In this document: positions 1 to 11,810 of the stretch, one piece after another
Numbering within the stretch: position 1 is the stretch's first letter
How the letters are laid out: the number at the start of each line of letters is the position of its first letter
Translations under genes and position numbers: made by a program
Source of the DNA: Okamejei kenojei
Taxonomy: Eukaryota
NCBI GenBank assembly: GCA_035221665.1
Contig: CM069140.1
Coordinates: 53,940,001 to 54,004,000, forward strand
Reading direction: 5' to 3'
DNA: 64,000 nt
Notes under the pieces: model-generated
Told to the model about the DNA's origin: nothing
What the model saw: only the letters and a program-made list of their open reading frames with translations
The model's database searches: none

Positions 1-235
1 CATTATCCTACACACACTAGCGACCCTTTTACATTCATACCTTGTCAATTAACCTACAAAAACCTGCACGCCTTTGGAGTATGGGAAGAAACCGAAGATC
101 TCTGAGAAGACTCACGCAGTCACGGGGACAACGTACAAACTTCGTACAAAAACCACCCGTAGTCTGGATCAAACCCGGGTCTCTGGCACTGCAAGCGCTG
201 TAAGGCAGTAACTCTACCACTGTGCTACTGTGCCG
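1..235 (-). mobile_element. tRNA-derived V-SINE (HE1-like); 3' end runs off the window
   Basis: Reverse complement starts GGCACAGTAGCACAGTGGTAGAGTTACTGCC (A box) and contains CCCGGGTTTGATCC (B box), followed by a V-domain-like core; same family as 44677-44990. Confidence 0.85.
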
Positions 236-614
236 TCGTGTTTAGAAACTCTACTAAAAAAAGCCAAAGGAAACAAGAGGGACCAAAAGGCCTCCATCTG
301 TGCTGTAACCTTCGGTGATTGGACAGCTCTAAGTATATAATTCAAACTAGTGAGAGAAGACATGATGTAATACGAACTGAACTCATCCCTGCAGCAGCAT
401 TAGGAAGATTTGAAGAGGAATGACCTTTGCTAGTTTTTGTGCTCCAATGTCCAACAGCTAAACTAATAGCTTTGCACTCCTTAGAGGAACTCAACAAATT
501 GAATTATTTTATAAGAGAAATAGTTTCCTCATGATTTATTTTTTAATCTGAACTCTCGGTGTAGGAATACTTTACATTCCATGTACTCAACCTTCCTGGT
601 ACTCAAGAACTTAC

Positions 615-840
615 CTTTTGTAGTATTTTACATATCAATTAACAGGTTGACTTTCCTCCCAGAGTGATAACCAAGTGGGGAAGTTGGCCAGCAAGTATTC
701 CCACCGGGAAGCTTCTTTCATTTTGAGGATGAAGGTTCATTTGTAAGAAGCTAGCAGGATGCAGTTAGAAAGCGAGGAGCACAGCGCATGGCTTCAGCTC
801 CAGGCCTTAACAATAGTTGTCGCCCTGGATGACCTTCAGC
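615..840 (-). other. Candidate spliced exon (non-coding/UTR, or short coding stretch ending in a stop)
   Basis: Minus-strand acceptor ttatctatacctctctccAG at 842-841 and consensus donor AAAAG|GTAAGT at 614-609; lies in non-repeat sequence; all three frames stop before the donor. Confidence 0.35.
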
Positions 841-1153
841 CTGGAGAGAGGTATAGATAATTGAATACTCAATAGAGTGGATCTTGACTTTGTGTGTTAG
901 TGTAAAATGGGTAATAGTGAGCCGGCAGTCCGTTTTACATCTCCCCAAGCAACTGGGAGTCCATCAAATTACAGATGGCATTTTCTGTAAATGAAATTAG
1001 ATTTAACTCTTTGTGTGCTCTAGCCAAATGAAAGAAGTTGGGCTGGTTAGGAGGTAAGATTTGCACTTAGTTGTCTGAAATAGGGACACATTCTTCAGTG
1101 TAATTCATGCAACAAACAATATTCCTCAGAAATGAATGGAAATTCTACTTGGG

Positions 1154-1467
1154 TTAGATTAGAGATACAGCATGAAATTCGGCCCAGTGAGTCCATGCTG
1201 ACCAGTGATCCCCGCACATTAGCACTAACCTACACACACACACACACACACATATACTAGGGACAATTTACAATTTTCACAAAGCCAATTAACCTGCAAA
1301 CCTATACACCTTTGGAATGTGGGAGGAAACCGGAGCATCCGGAGGAAACCCACGCAGGTCACGGGGAGAATGTACAAATACAAACTCCATATAGACAGCA
1401 TCCATAGTCAGGATCGAACCTGGGCCTCTGGTGCTGTACGGCAGCAACTCTACCATTGTGTCGCCCT
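1154..1467 (-). mobile_element. HE1-like V-SINE, near full length, with internal (CA)n
   Basis: B box GGTTCGATCC on the minus strand, V-domain core and CR1-derived tail. Confidence 0.85.
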
Positions 1468-1479
1468 CACTTAGTCAAT

Positions 1480-1830
1480 GGGCACCCCAGTGACACAACA
1501 GTGTCTTGCAGCTCCGTGGATCGAGGATCAATTCTAGTCTTTAGGTGCTCTCTGTGTGGAGCTTGCACATCTTTACTATCACTGCATGGGTTTTTGCTTT
1601 CTCCCAAATCCAAATGAAATGCTGTTAGATTAGTCTATTAATGTAAATTTCCCCTTCAGTTTTGGAAAATAGCAAAAAAAAAACAAAGTGAGTGGGAAAA
1701 GGTGTTAGAAATATTACAACACTTGCAGGGATATAAGGAAAACAGGGATAGTGAAATGTGACTGATGTGTTTGCTTAGCTGCGAGCTGCAATAGATCCAA
1801 TGGCCAAAATGGCCTTCTTCTGTTGTAGCA
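1480..1830 (+). mobile_element. Old, diverged V-SINE copy
   Basis: Degenerate match to the same consensus (ggtgctctctgtgtggagcttgcacat...ctgcatgggttt). Confidence 0.5.
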
Positions 1831-3192
1831 AATAATACTCTTGTTTGTTCTTTTTGTCAAGAAATATTACAGCAATTTTGCAATTAAAAAAAACAGTAAA
1901 TGAAACCTTCCAAAATAAAGCAAAGTTAGTGACTTGCACCGAAATATGATAAATGCATATAATTTAATAGTGAATTTATCTTTTTTTCAATGGTTTTGCT
2001 CAATATATCTTGTATCTGTCATATCCTACCATATCCATTCAAATAAAATTCAGTAAAATTGGTTGAGCACTGTAGCAAACAAGCAGTCTGAAGTGTGGAG
2101 ACTGGGATGTTCCTGTGTAAATAGCTACCTATTGCTTATTATTACCGGTGTGGCCCATTATTACTGTACTCTATACTTTACAAACAAGTGTTTTTTCATA
2201 ATCAACATATTTTTCTTTCCAAAGCAAGATGCAGCAGAACATTGAAGTGTGAAATAAAAACGATGATGCAAGTATTGAACAGATTTGATCATATCTGTGG
2301 AGTTGAAAAGAAAGGTTGAGCTTCAGTTTGGTGATCCTTCAGCCGAATGAGAGAAAGTTAGATGCTTTTAAACAAACCTAGAAACAGGGAGTGAATAGAG
2401 AAAAGAATGAAAAGGGTCTGCATAAGGAGGGAAGGTAGTAATGATTACATTTCATGATGATGGGCATTGCCAGTCAAACGATCAAGTATGTCAAAACACA
2501 AGAAATAAAAACAATTGTCAGACATTCATTTCTGCTCTGCTGTTCAATGAACCACAGAAATGTATGGCACAGAAATCATCATTGCCGACCAAGTTACATA
2601 ACCCAGCTAATCCCACATGGCTGTGCCTGATCCATATCCTTACAAACATTTCCTATCCATGTTCCAGTTCAAGGGTCTTCTAAGTGTTGTAATATTACTT
2701 GCCTCTACCACCTTCTCTGGCAGCTCAATCCATATAGGCGCACCATGTGTGTGAAAAAAATTGACCCTTAGGTCCCTTTTAAATCTTTTCCTTCTCATCT
2801 TAAATCTTTAGTTTTAGATGTCCTAAATTCATAGAAAATACTGTGGCTATTCACTTTTTCTCTGCCCCTCAAGATTTTGTACACCTCAGTAATGTCACCC
2901 TCAGCCTCCTACACTCACGTATCCAGCCTCTCCTTATAACTCAAACCCTTCAGACCCAGTAACATTCCGTATATATTTTTTTTGCATGCTTTCTAGTTTA
3001 AAGTCATTCTTCATAAAACAGGGCAACCAGAAGTGAACATATATTGGTAAAGCATAGGCGTACCAATGTCTTAAACAGCTATAACATGACCCTATAATGA
3101 CCATACTCATGAAGCACTGACTAATGAAGGCAAGTATGCCACACTCCTTCACCACCCTGTCTACTTGTGTCGCACCTTTCCTGGAACCATGT

Positions 3193-3863
3193 ACCCTGCC
3201 TCTGTATTTCTGTTCATGAAGTCTTCTGCGGACAGTGGTCATTGACAAATCCACACCTGATTCCTGAAGAGTGTTTCTGATCTGTCGAACAGGTATTTGG
3301 GGATTTTTCTTTATTATAGAGAGAATTCTTCTGTCATCAGCTGTGGAGGTCTTCCTTGGCCTGCCAGTCTCTTTGCGATTAGTAAGCTCACCAGTTCTCT
3401 CTTTCTTCTTAATAATGTTCCAAACAGTTGATTTCAGTAAGCCTAAGGTTTGGCTGATGTCTCTAACAGTTTTATCCTTGTTTTTCGGTCTCATAATGGC
3501 TTATTTGACTTTCATTGGCACAACTTTGGTCCTCATGTTGATAAACAGCAATAAACGTTTCCAAAGGCGATGGAAAGACTAGGTGCTGAGAGCTCTCTTA
3601 TAGCTGCATTAAGAAGGCAATTAAACACACCTGAGCAATTACAAACACCTGTGAAGCCATGTGTCCCAAACATTATGGTGCCCTGAAATGGGGGGACTAT
3701 GTATAAACAAAGGTGTAATTTCTACATGGTGAAATCAAAATGTATAAAAATGGGTGCACTCTAACCACGTGTGATTTTTTTCTATTACAAATTTCAAATT
3801 GTGGAGTTCAGAGGCAAATAAATAAATGATGGGTCTTTGTCCCAAACATTATGGAGGGCACTG
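3193..3863 (-). mobile_element. Tc1/mariner transposon remnant (IR/DR type): left terminal repeat plus N-terminal transposase, DDE domain deleted
   Basis: ORF 2934..3494 N-terminal part has paired-like HTH, GRPRKT linker and a second HTH (TVRRRLHEQKYRG); terminus CAGTGCCCTCCATAATGTTTGGGAC at 3863 with an internal repeat GTCCCAAACATTATGG at about 3663. Confidence 0.9.
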
Positions 3864-3947
3864 TGCATTAACATCCAAATTGTTAATATAAACAATGAAC
3901 AATAATGGACACATCACAGATCCCTGTGGCACAACACATTACAGATC

Positions 3948-4025
3948 GAAGGTAGACACAAAATGCTGGAGTAACTCGACGGATGAGGCAGCATCTCTGG
4001 AGAGAAGGAATGGGCGACGTTTCGA
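3948..4025 (-). mobile_element. Penelope-derived short unit, partial (3' half of hammerhead motif plus tail)
   Basis: Reverse complement CGAAACGTCGCCCATTCCTTCTCTCCAGAGATGCTGCC...TTACTCCAGCATTTTGTGTCTACC, matching the tail at 57881-58010. Confidence 0.8.
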
Positions 4026-4349
4026 CATATTCTCCACTTCCATATGTCTATCACTTATCTTTAGACCAATTTTTTATTCAATTGACAAGCTCGCCCTGGA
4101 TCGCATGGGATCTAGCCTTCTGCACCAGCCTACCAAGATAGATAGTAGTATACCTACCATTCTATAGGTAGGTAAAATGTATCTACCTACAGTACCAAGA
4201 GATACATTCTTGTGTCTTATTTGCTTGAAACTGCATGAAGTCCTCAAATATTAAACATTAATTCCTTAAATATTAGCCATTAGTTGTTTACTGCCATGTC
4301 TTTTCAGTAGTTTCCAATTCATCACAGTTATTTCCTGTTTCTTACATTG

Positions 4350-4860
4350 TATTTATAATTTGCTTGAAAGTGTAGGCAGTCTAATTAGTAAGTTTGCAGA
4401 TGACATGAAAATGGATGGAGTTGTGAATTGTGAGGAAAGTTGTCCCAGACCAGAGCAGGATCTAGTTCACTTTCCTCCCAGTTTTTTCCTAGCTAGTGTC
4501 AGGCAACTGGAGTGCAGTCCTGATCTCCTATCTACCATTGGAGACCTTTGAACTATCTTTAATCAGACATTATCAGACTTTATCTTGCATACTCTTTCTC
4601 CTGTATCTGTCCACCGTGGTCCACTTGATTGTAATCATGTATAGCCTTTTCATTGACTGAATAGCATGAGTTGTTGCATTTTTGGAGAGTATATGCAAGA
4701 GCAAAATACATGGCAGGATCCTTCAGAGCTTGATGTACAGAGGGATCGGTGTACAAGTCCATAATTCCCTGAAAGTGGATAGGATGGAAAAGTAGTCATA
4801 TGGCATACTTGCCTTAATTGGTCGGAGCATTAAGTATAAAATTCAGGAAGTTGAACCAGT
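4350..4860 (+). mobile_element. Decayed CR1 RT fragment with a nested LINE 3' UTR fragment (about 4490-4670)
   Basis: ORF 4360 reads LISKFADDMKMDGVV, the CR1 RT FADD motif. Confidence 0.7.
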
Positions 4861-6179
4861 GTCAAGCTGAATTGGGTCTGGTTTAAGGAGAAAAGAGTGG
4901 ACTCGTGGATATTGTGGTAGTTGAAGGGGACATAGCAAATTGGGTGCTGATTGACTTACTTTCAATCTATTGCTTCACAATTTAACAGCACGACTATCCA
5001 GCGTACTCATAAGAGACCTTCAGCATGGCCTCATACTGCTTTCCTTTCTCCATATTAATAAATATCAGGTTTGAGCTCAGCTAATGAGAGCGCTAGAACC
5101 TGGAAAGGGCAGCGGAAGAATCTTTAAGGGAAAAATGAAAGCATTCCTTTGCTTTTGACTTAATCTGGACCCTTGTAAATTGGTGGATTTGAAAGGATAT
5201 AAAATGAACAGTTGAGTGCCTTTTGGAAATATTTTACAACAGAGAATAAGATACAGTATGTTACAGATGTTATGGGCTACTGGAGGAGTGAATTTAACAG
5301 TGCATCAGAGGGCCTTAACAATTTTACAGAGTCCTTTTTTACTTACTACACATAACGTGCCTTTGTAAATTTTCTTACACATTTGTATAGGCCCATATAA
5401 TAGTTCCATCCTTTGTTTTTTAATCCTCTTAAAAAAAATGCTATCTAGTTAATGCTGCTTTGGGTCACTCACCATATTGCAGACTCCCATCTGGAAAAAG
5501 ATTCTTCCTGACTGCCACTTGATTGATTAAAAAAAATATCACTTACAGTGAGGGAGCTGAGTGTGTCAGTTTTCCTATTTCTCATTCCGCTCTAAAACGT
5601 GCAACCAGTGAAAGACACTAGTGCTCCTACACCTGGACTGATAAAACTTACTCTCAATTCTAACATGCAACCTTGAATATCGGGGACCACTTGTACTCAA
5701 GGTCATGCCTGATGCTGAAGATTTAAATACTGTATCTTCTGGCAATCTTATGCTTCTTGCTGGTCTTTCTGAATTCAGTGGTAAGCAGGACCTGAGAATA
5801 TAAAACCATTCCAAGTTTAGCAAATGTGTGCTTAACTTCATAATGAATCATAAAATTATGGAATGGTTAGTCTGTCGACTGTCAGTTGCACTGCAAGTTA
5901 ATCCATTGTAATCTTCCATGTAGCCTTTGAAGGGAAACTAATTGTTTCACTAATGTTTTAGGATGGTGTTGGGCTCAATTGCCCGATCCAGGTCTATTGC
6001 CTTAAGATACAATCCCCCTTATTCATATTAGAGTGAAAAATTATTATGGATCTGTGTCATGTTTCAATAGAGAGAAATTTTTTACACAGATTTTTTTTTA
6101 AATGTAGGGGGGCTTTTTGAGTCCCAGCAGAACAATGTTTCATTGACATGTTAAAAATTGTGACTTATCCTTCTGACAT

Positions 6180-7235
6180 TAGCCATTTGTCAAGTGAGAC
6201 TATCTGGTATTTCTTTCTGCTGTGGCAATTATTTTCAGAGAGCACCTCTGATGTTCTCTGAATGCTCAGAGTATACATCCAGCGATTAACTAACTGGAGT
6301 GTCCTGGTGTTTGGGTCAGCCTGGAGTGTGACAAGACTGTTTAAATTGTCATTGGTGGGGAAAGACATCAGCATATTTCTGTATACAGTGTATGTTATGT
6401 TGGGGACTGAAATGGTCGTAACCATGTTTGAGGAAAATGAATTTTGCAGGGAAGGCCAAAGGCACAATGGGAGAGATTTTTTAGCAGTTTTTAAGGTAGC
6501 CAGTAAGCAAGATGAAGTGATTTTGGGAAAGAATCTTCGAAAGTTGTACATAATGACACCAATTACAGTTGTCGAAGAGGCAGTGAGCTAACAATAAGGC
6601 ACAGTGGGTGTAGATTATAACAAGGATGGCTGAAGGCTGTAGGGGGATTTGAAGAATAAGCATTTATAAATTGATTTGCTGGACTGCAGGGAGCTTTGCA
6701 AGGATGGAATGGTGGATTTACAGGATTTTGTACAGGGGAGGACTCAAACCAGAGTTCTAGATTGGAGAGTAGAGGCAGGAAAATTCAGAAATCAATCTGC
6801 GAAATAATGAAAGGTTATGTAAGGGTAAAGTAGCTGTAGGATGAAAATAATGATTTGTTCTGGCTGTGTTCCAGTGGTAAAATAATGTAATCTTGGTGAC
6901 AGACAGTGTATGAGTTAAAAGATCAGTTCATAACCAAATACAATGCTCAGGTTGTACTCCACTGGATTTAGCCCAAGCTGACAGTCTACGAGGTTCATGG
7001 AGTCAGAGCACATACAGCTGCAACTGGCGACAGGAACGGAAAAGGTTGGCTTTGCTTTTTCATCTCTGAGTTAGAAGAAATTACAACTCAGTTAAGGACC
7101 TGAGGTTGGATGGATAGTTGGATAGAATCATTATTGATGTTCACGTGGAAACTGGTCCTGTGCAACCAAGATTGCAACCCGCTTATACTATTTGGGAAAA
7201 ACATATCCTTCTGGCTCTTCACAGCTCCTGTAGTA
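6180..7235 (-). mobile_element. Ancient LINE remnant, L2-like in its upper part
   Basis: Minus-strand HRTSFHVNINNDSIQLSI resembles the L2 motif HGxSFHxYADDTQLYL; heavily decayed. Confidence 0.5.
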
Positions 7236-7388
7236 CAATAGACCATAGGTGCAGGAGTAGGCCATTCGGCCCTTCTAGTCAGCACCGCCATTCAATGTGA
7301 TCATGGCTGATCATCCACAATTAGTACCCCATTCCTGCCTTCTCCCCATATCCCTTGACTCCGCTATCTTTAAGAGCTCTATCTAACA
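7236..7388 (-). mobile_element. CR1 (HER1-like) 3' terminal fragment
   Basis: taggtgcaggagtaggccattcggccctt...tgatcatggctgatcatcc, matching the 3' ends at 27251, 39137, 43322 and 61023. Confidence 0.9.
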
Positions 7389-10300
7389 CTGCAGTGATGC
7401 ATCAATGACCTACAGCACAGCTTTTGTCCAATTGACTCCATTATCCCGCTTCATTCCCTCCTTCCGATATCCATCTGCTTAAATTGCATGTATCTTGTGT
7501 CCCTCTAAACATAGAATTGAAATGTAGTCTTTATGTAATATTATCTTCCCGTTCTATTACATGCTGAGAAAACAAGAAAATAATATGTTAATATGATGGC
7601 TGTTTTGAATTTCCATTGATAGCAGTCTTCATGTGTTTCTGGATTTTCCACCAAGTTCTTAGTTTGTGTCCATCAAAATCCAGACTTAAGATTCAGTGCC
7701 AAAATAAGAAAGCCAGATAGGCAGGGGGGGGGGGGGGGGTTAAAATGAGTGACATTGGATCTGCCACAATCTATACATCTCTGATGACATTTATTGCTGA
7801 AAAACCCAATTTATGCAGATTCCCTGTGTTGTCCAGATTTCAAGCTATGATAATGCCTGTCTTTAAAATGCTTTGAAACATATTCTAGACAAAAAAAAAA
7901 TGGGGAATTCACAATATCATAGCAAAGCAATGGTCTGTTTCCAAACAAAGTCATGGTTGATGTGTGGTTTTCGGACTCCAGCATGTAGATGTAGATAGAA
8001 GCAGGTGGAGATAGTGAAATCACAAGCCACCACCTGACGACCAAGTAATATGACCCCTAATTCAAGCAATATCTTTGATAAGAACCATTTAGGATATTCT
8101 TGTCACACAGTGGAATAGAATAAGTTGGATCTGCCACATAATGAGTTGGATGGAGAGTTGAATCACAACTAACTTTATAAATGTACAATGAAAAGGCTTC
8201 TATCCTTACCCCTTCATGCTTGGTGTCATAAAGCTATCAACCAAATACATGCCATTTTGTCTACGGTTACATTTGGAAATATAACATCATCAATTTACCT
8301 TTACTGAAAAGTTTACTTTTCCATGAGAATTGTGAAGTGCTGCTATTCTAATGCTCTGAGTATCTGACGTCTGAGAGAGAAGCTGCCAGTTGGATAAAAA
8401 TGTAACAGAGAAAGCCAGATAGCCTTATAGATATTCTAGATATTGGGAATACAGATAAACCCACAGGCAACCATTCAAAAGCACCCCCCCCCCCCCCCCC
8501 CCGAAAATATCAATGGGGTTGTTTATACTGTTTCTTCACAAAAACGCTAATGGACCTTTTGAATATTAGCACTATTTTCTGTTGTAATTGCAAAACAACC
8601 ATGGCGCATACATTCACATTGGAGCATTTGCATCAAAGCACACCATATCTTCTCTCTCCTCATGCAAATATTAGTACATTTAATAAGCAAAATATATCAA
8701 CTTACTATCTTAGAGTGGTAAGAGTTGATGATTTTATTGACTCTCATTTTGCTTACAAGATGGACATTAACCAATTACGAATATTTAATTATATGGGGAT
8801 ATATCACAAATGTATATAAAAATTCTCCAACAAAATATAACAAACAGTTGGTTCGAAGAAAGATCCTTTTAAAAATTGCAAACCCTGTTGCTTCCTGCAG
8901 TGGCTTTGAGCTGCCGCTAATTCCGTATCTTCCCTCTGATTCCCTGTCTTCTTGTTTTCACTTGCTTCATTGCTTTGAGCTAATTATCCCCCAGAAGCAT
9001 GCTTTCACTAGCTTTGTTATGTGGCATATTGCAGCATTCTGGAACCACTGGGGTGATATTGTGGTATCATCCCTGGAGCATCTCTGGTACCGTCCATACA
9101 TTTTGAATGCCTGTCTGAGCTTGGTAAATCAGTACTTTCAATGTCTTCACTCCCAGTCATGCAGTGTCTATAGTCTTTAGGAGACAAAATGTGGTGTCAC
9201 ATGTAGTAGGTTTCAAAGTGATTTCAAGGGAATTATTTTATGATTTGTCTTTGGACCAGAATACCTAGGAAACTCCAAAACTCCCATTAGATATGGGAGT
9301 GCTTATAAAATACATCGCCACTTGCATAATAATTTGACAGCACTTGCATATCATTTGGATATTTATAAAGTCATTTTCTTTCCTGTTGATTAACTCCATA
9401 AAATTCTGACTGCCTGACTTAGTGGAGCCATGGGTGCTCTCAGCACTGTCCGAAATTATGAGTAGACTACCATCTCTGGAATAACTTGTCAACCTGAGCT
9501 GATATTGTCGCTTGCTGATATGAATTTTTACATATGCCCAAACTGGTATTTGTAATGCTGGGCAGCAAAATATCCGATTCTTTGTTTGGAAGAGAACCTT
9601 GCAAACAAGAAATGTGCCTGTCAATACCAGGGCAGCATGCAATCGATGTTGTTTCTCAGTCACATGATTATGGCACATTTTATATGTGGCACCTTTGCTG
9701 AAGTGCAGCTTCCTTATATTAGCTGCTAAATAAAGTCAAGATCACTCTACTGTCACTGATAATGTAATGGTAGATTTTGGCCATCCTTTTATAGTGACCA
9801 AGAATTTCCATGTCATCGCATTGTGCTTATCTTATTCAGACTTTACTTCTGAGTATATATCTTTATATTGAGTACACATCATATATACCCTTTGATTACC
9901 CTTCACAAGACCTTTGGTGCCAGGTTAAAAAATTTACGTTGAAAACACCAACATGCATTATATTTCATCTATTCCAGTGGCATTTTAATTCTATGTTTTT
10001 TCAAAGCCAGAGATGGAGGAAATAAAGGATTTGGCCTTGAAACTGGATTCCCTGGTACTTGATATCAAGATTGAGAAATAGCCTCTGAAGGTTTTATTTG
10101 CATTTTGAATTTAAGCAATAATTTCACACTGGGAGAGAACTGTATGAACTGCTTACAGCATGTGTTACTGTCTTTTTTTTTTCTGGCATGAAGTCTTCAC
10201 ATTGCTGGAGGCTCTGACCAAAATTGGAAGTTACTTTGTGTAAGATGGAGCCAGGAGAGGCACCAATGCAAATGTAAGATGAGGCAGCCACATTTTGTAT

Positions 10301-10684
10301 CTCTTATAATGCCTTTCCCCATATTCCCTTTCCATCCCCATCTCCCACACATATCAGGCCCAACTTGGGGTCCCTCTATTTTGTCCAGTTTGTGGCTGGT
10401 GGAGTACTGTCCACCATTCTGTTCACATCTGTACGATTCAACGGCACTAATTTTGCACGGTCCTTTTTGTTCATCATGAGGCATATTGCTATTGCCAAAT
10501 TTGTACCTGACTGATTTTTACTCTATAGTATCTGTAGATTCTGTGGGAGTGTACACTTCATAAATGTGCAAACACCTTCCTGAGAACTTTTGCTGTAAAG
10601 TAAAATAGTTTCAATCCAAATACATTTCACTTGGTTGTGAATGCACATCAGGGACAGATTGTAGTGCACAGATTGTTAAACAGG

Positions 10685-10782
10685 AGATAGATACAAAAAG
10701 CTGGAGTAACTCAGTGGATCAGACAGCATCTCCGGAGAAATGGAATAGATGATGTTTCGGGTGGAGACTCTTCTTCAGACTG
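10685..10782 (-). mobile_element. Penelope-derived hammerhead unit with target-site duplication
   Basis: Reverse complement CAGTCTGAAGAAGAGTCTCCACCCGAAACATC...; flanking direct repeats AGATTGTTAAACAGG (10670-10684) and AGACTGTTAAACGGG (10777-10791). Confidence 0.85.
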
Positions 10783-11654
10783 TTAAACGGGGGGTCCACG
10801 TGTAGATCCACGCAGCTTTTGAACCTAAACTGTAGAACCACAGGCTTGGGGGAAGGCAAACTGGAAATCTTCTCAGTACTAAGCAGTAATAATATTAAAA
10901 TAATACATGGTTTTATTATCATCAGAGGGCCTTCATGTTGTATTAATGCACATCAACAGTAATATCTTGTTAGCGAGCCAAGAATTCATGACAACACATA
11001 AGCTTTAAATGGGTACTCATGTTGCTGCATGGTGTAATCCAAATGAATTTTATACTGTCAATAGTTTGGAGGTTAACTTCCAGAAACCCTGACATCTAAT
11101 CCTGCAAAGTGGCTGACACCAAGGAAATTCTGAAACAAGCACAATTTGCTGTAGGGGAAAAATTTGAATTTCAAGCTGTGTGCAAGCAGGTTCCAACTTT
11201 CACACTGACCAGAATGCTTAAGGAGGTACACTCTTGCAAGCTTTTCCCTTTGGCAAGAGGAATCGTGACAGCTGAAATACTGAAGGAATAAAGTTTAATG
11301 TTGTGTGGAAGGGTTTTTCTTTGGCGGTAATACACAAAAGGTAATTGAGAACGGCTATTCTGGTGTAATGTACAGCTCGGGGCTGCAGGGGTTGTGTCTC
11401 CACAAAGGGTCTCCATTGTACTCAGTTTGCAGTTGCTCAGGTTACTGGCTGTATTGTTCCTGCAATTTGTTCAAACAGTGTCTTAAAGGAATCTGATAGA
11501 CCGAGTCATGACACCACACTTAGGAAAGCTGTCAGCTGCCAGAAAAGAGTGATGATTTACTGGCTGTGAGGAGGACCATTCATAGTACTGCCTCATACTG
11601 ATTGCACATTGTGACTGGGAAACAAAACCAGGAGAAAGAGAGTTTTAAAAAGGG

Positions 11655-11674
11655 AAAGAGAAACAGAGAGAGAA

Positions 11675-11748
<74 letters not shown>

Positions 11749-11810
11749 CAGGAGAGGGAGCGGGAGAGGGACAGAGAGAAAGAGAGAGAGAGATGGAGAA
11801 AGAGAGAGCA
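11655..11810. repeat. (GA)n microsatellite and purine-rich tract
   Basis: Pure (GA)n at about 11678-11744, with degenerate flanks. Confidence 0.97.

Larger units (their letters stand above)
2530..4135 (-). mobile_element. Decayed CR1 LINE, interrupted by a Tc1 remnant and a hammerhead-unit insertion
   Basis: Minus-strand C-terminal CR1 residues (ATQVDRVVK...LAFISQ) at 2940-3190; a remnant of GVPQGSVLGPLLF at 3880-3940; CR1-type 3' end at 2530-2900. Confidence 0.75.

Noticed and set aside
5541-5841. Minus-strand GTAAGT donor near 5546 and an 88-aa ORF
   Set aside because: No convincing acceptor and no recognisable protein similarity
8550-9678. ORFs of 89-151 aa in AT-rich sequence
   Set aside because: Composition typical of random non-coding frames; no motifs or splice structure
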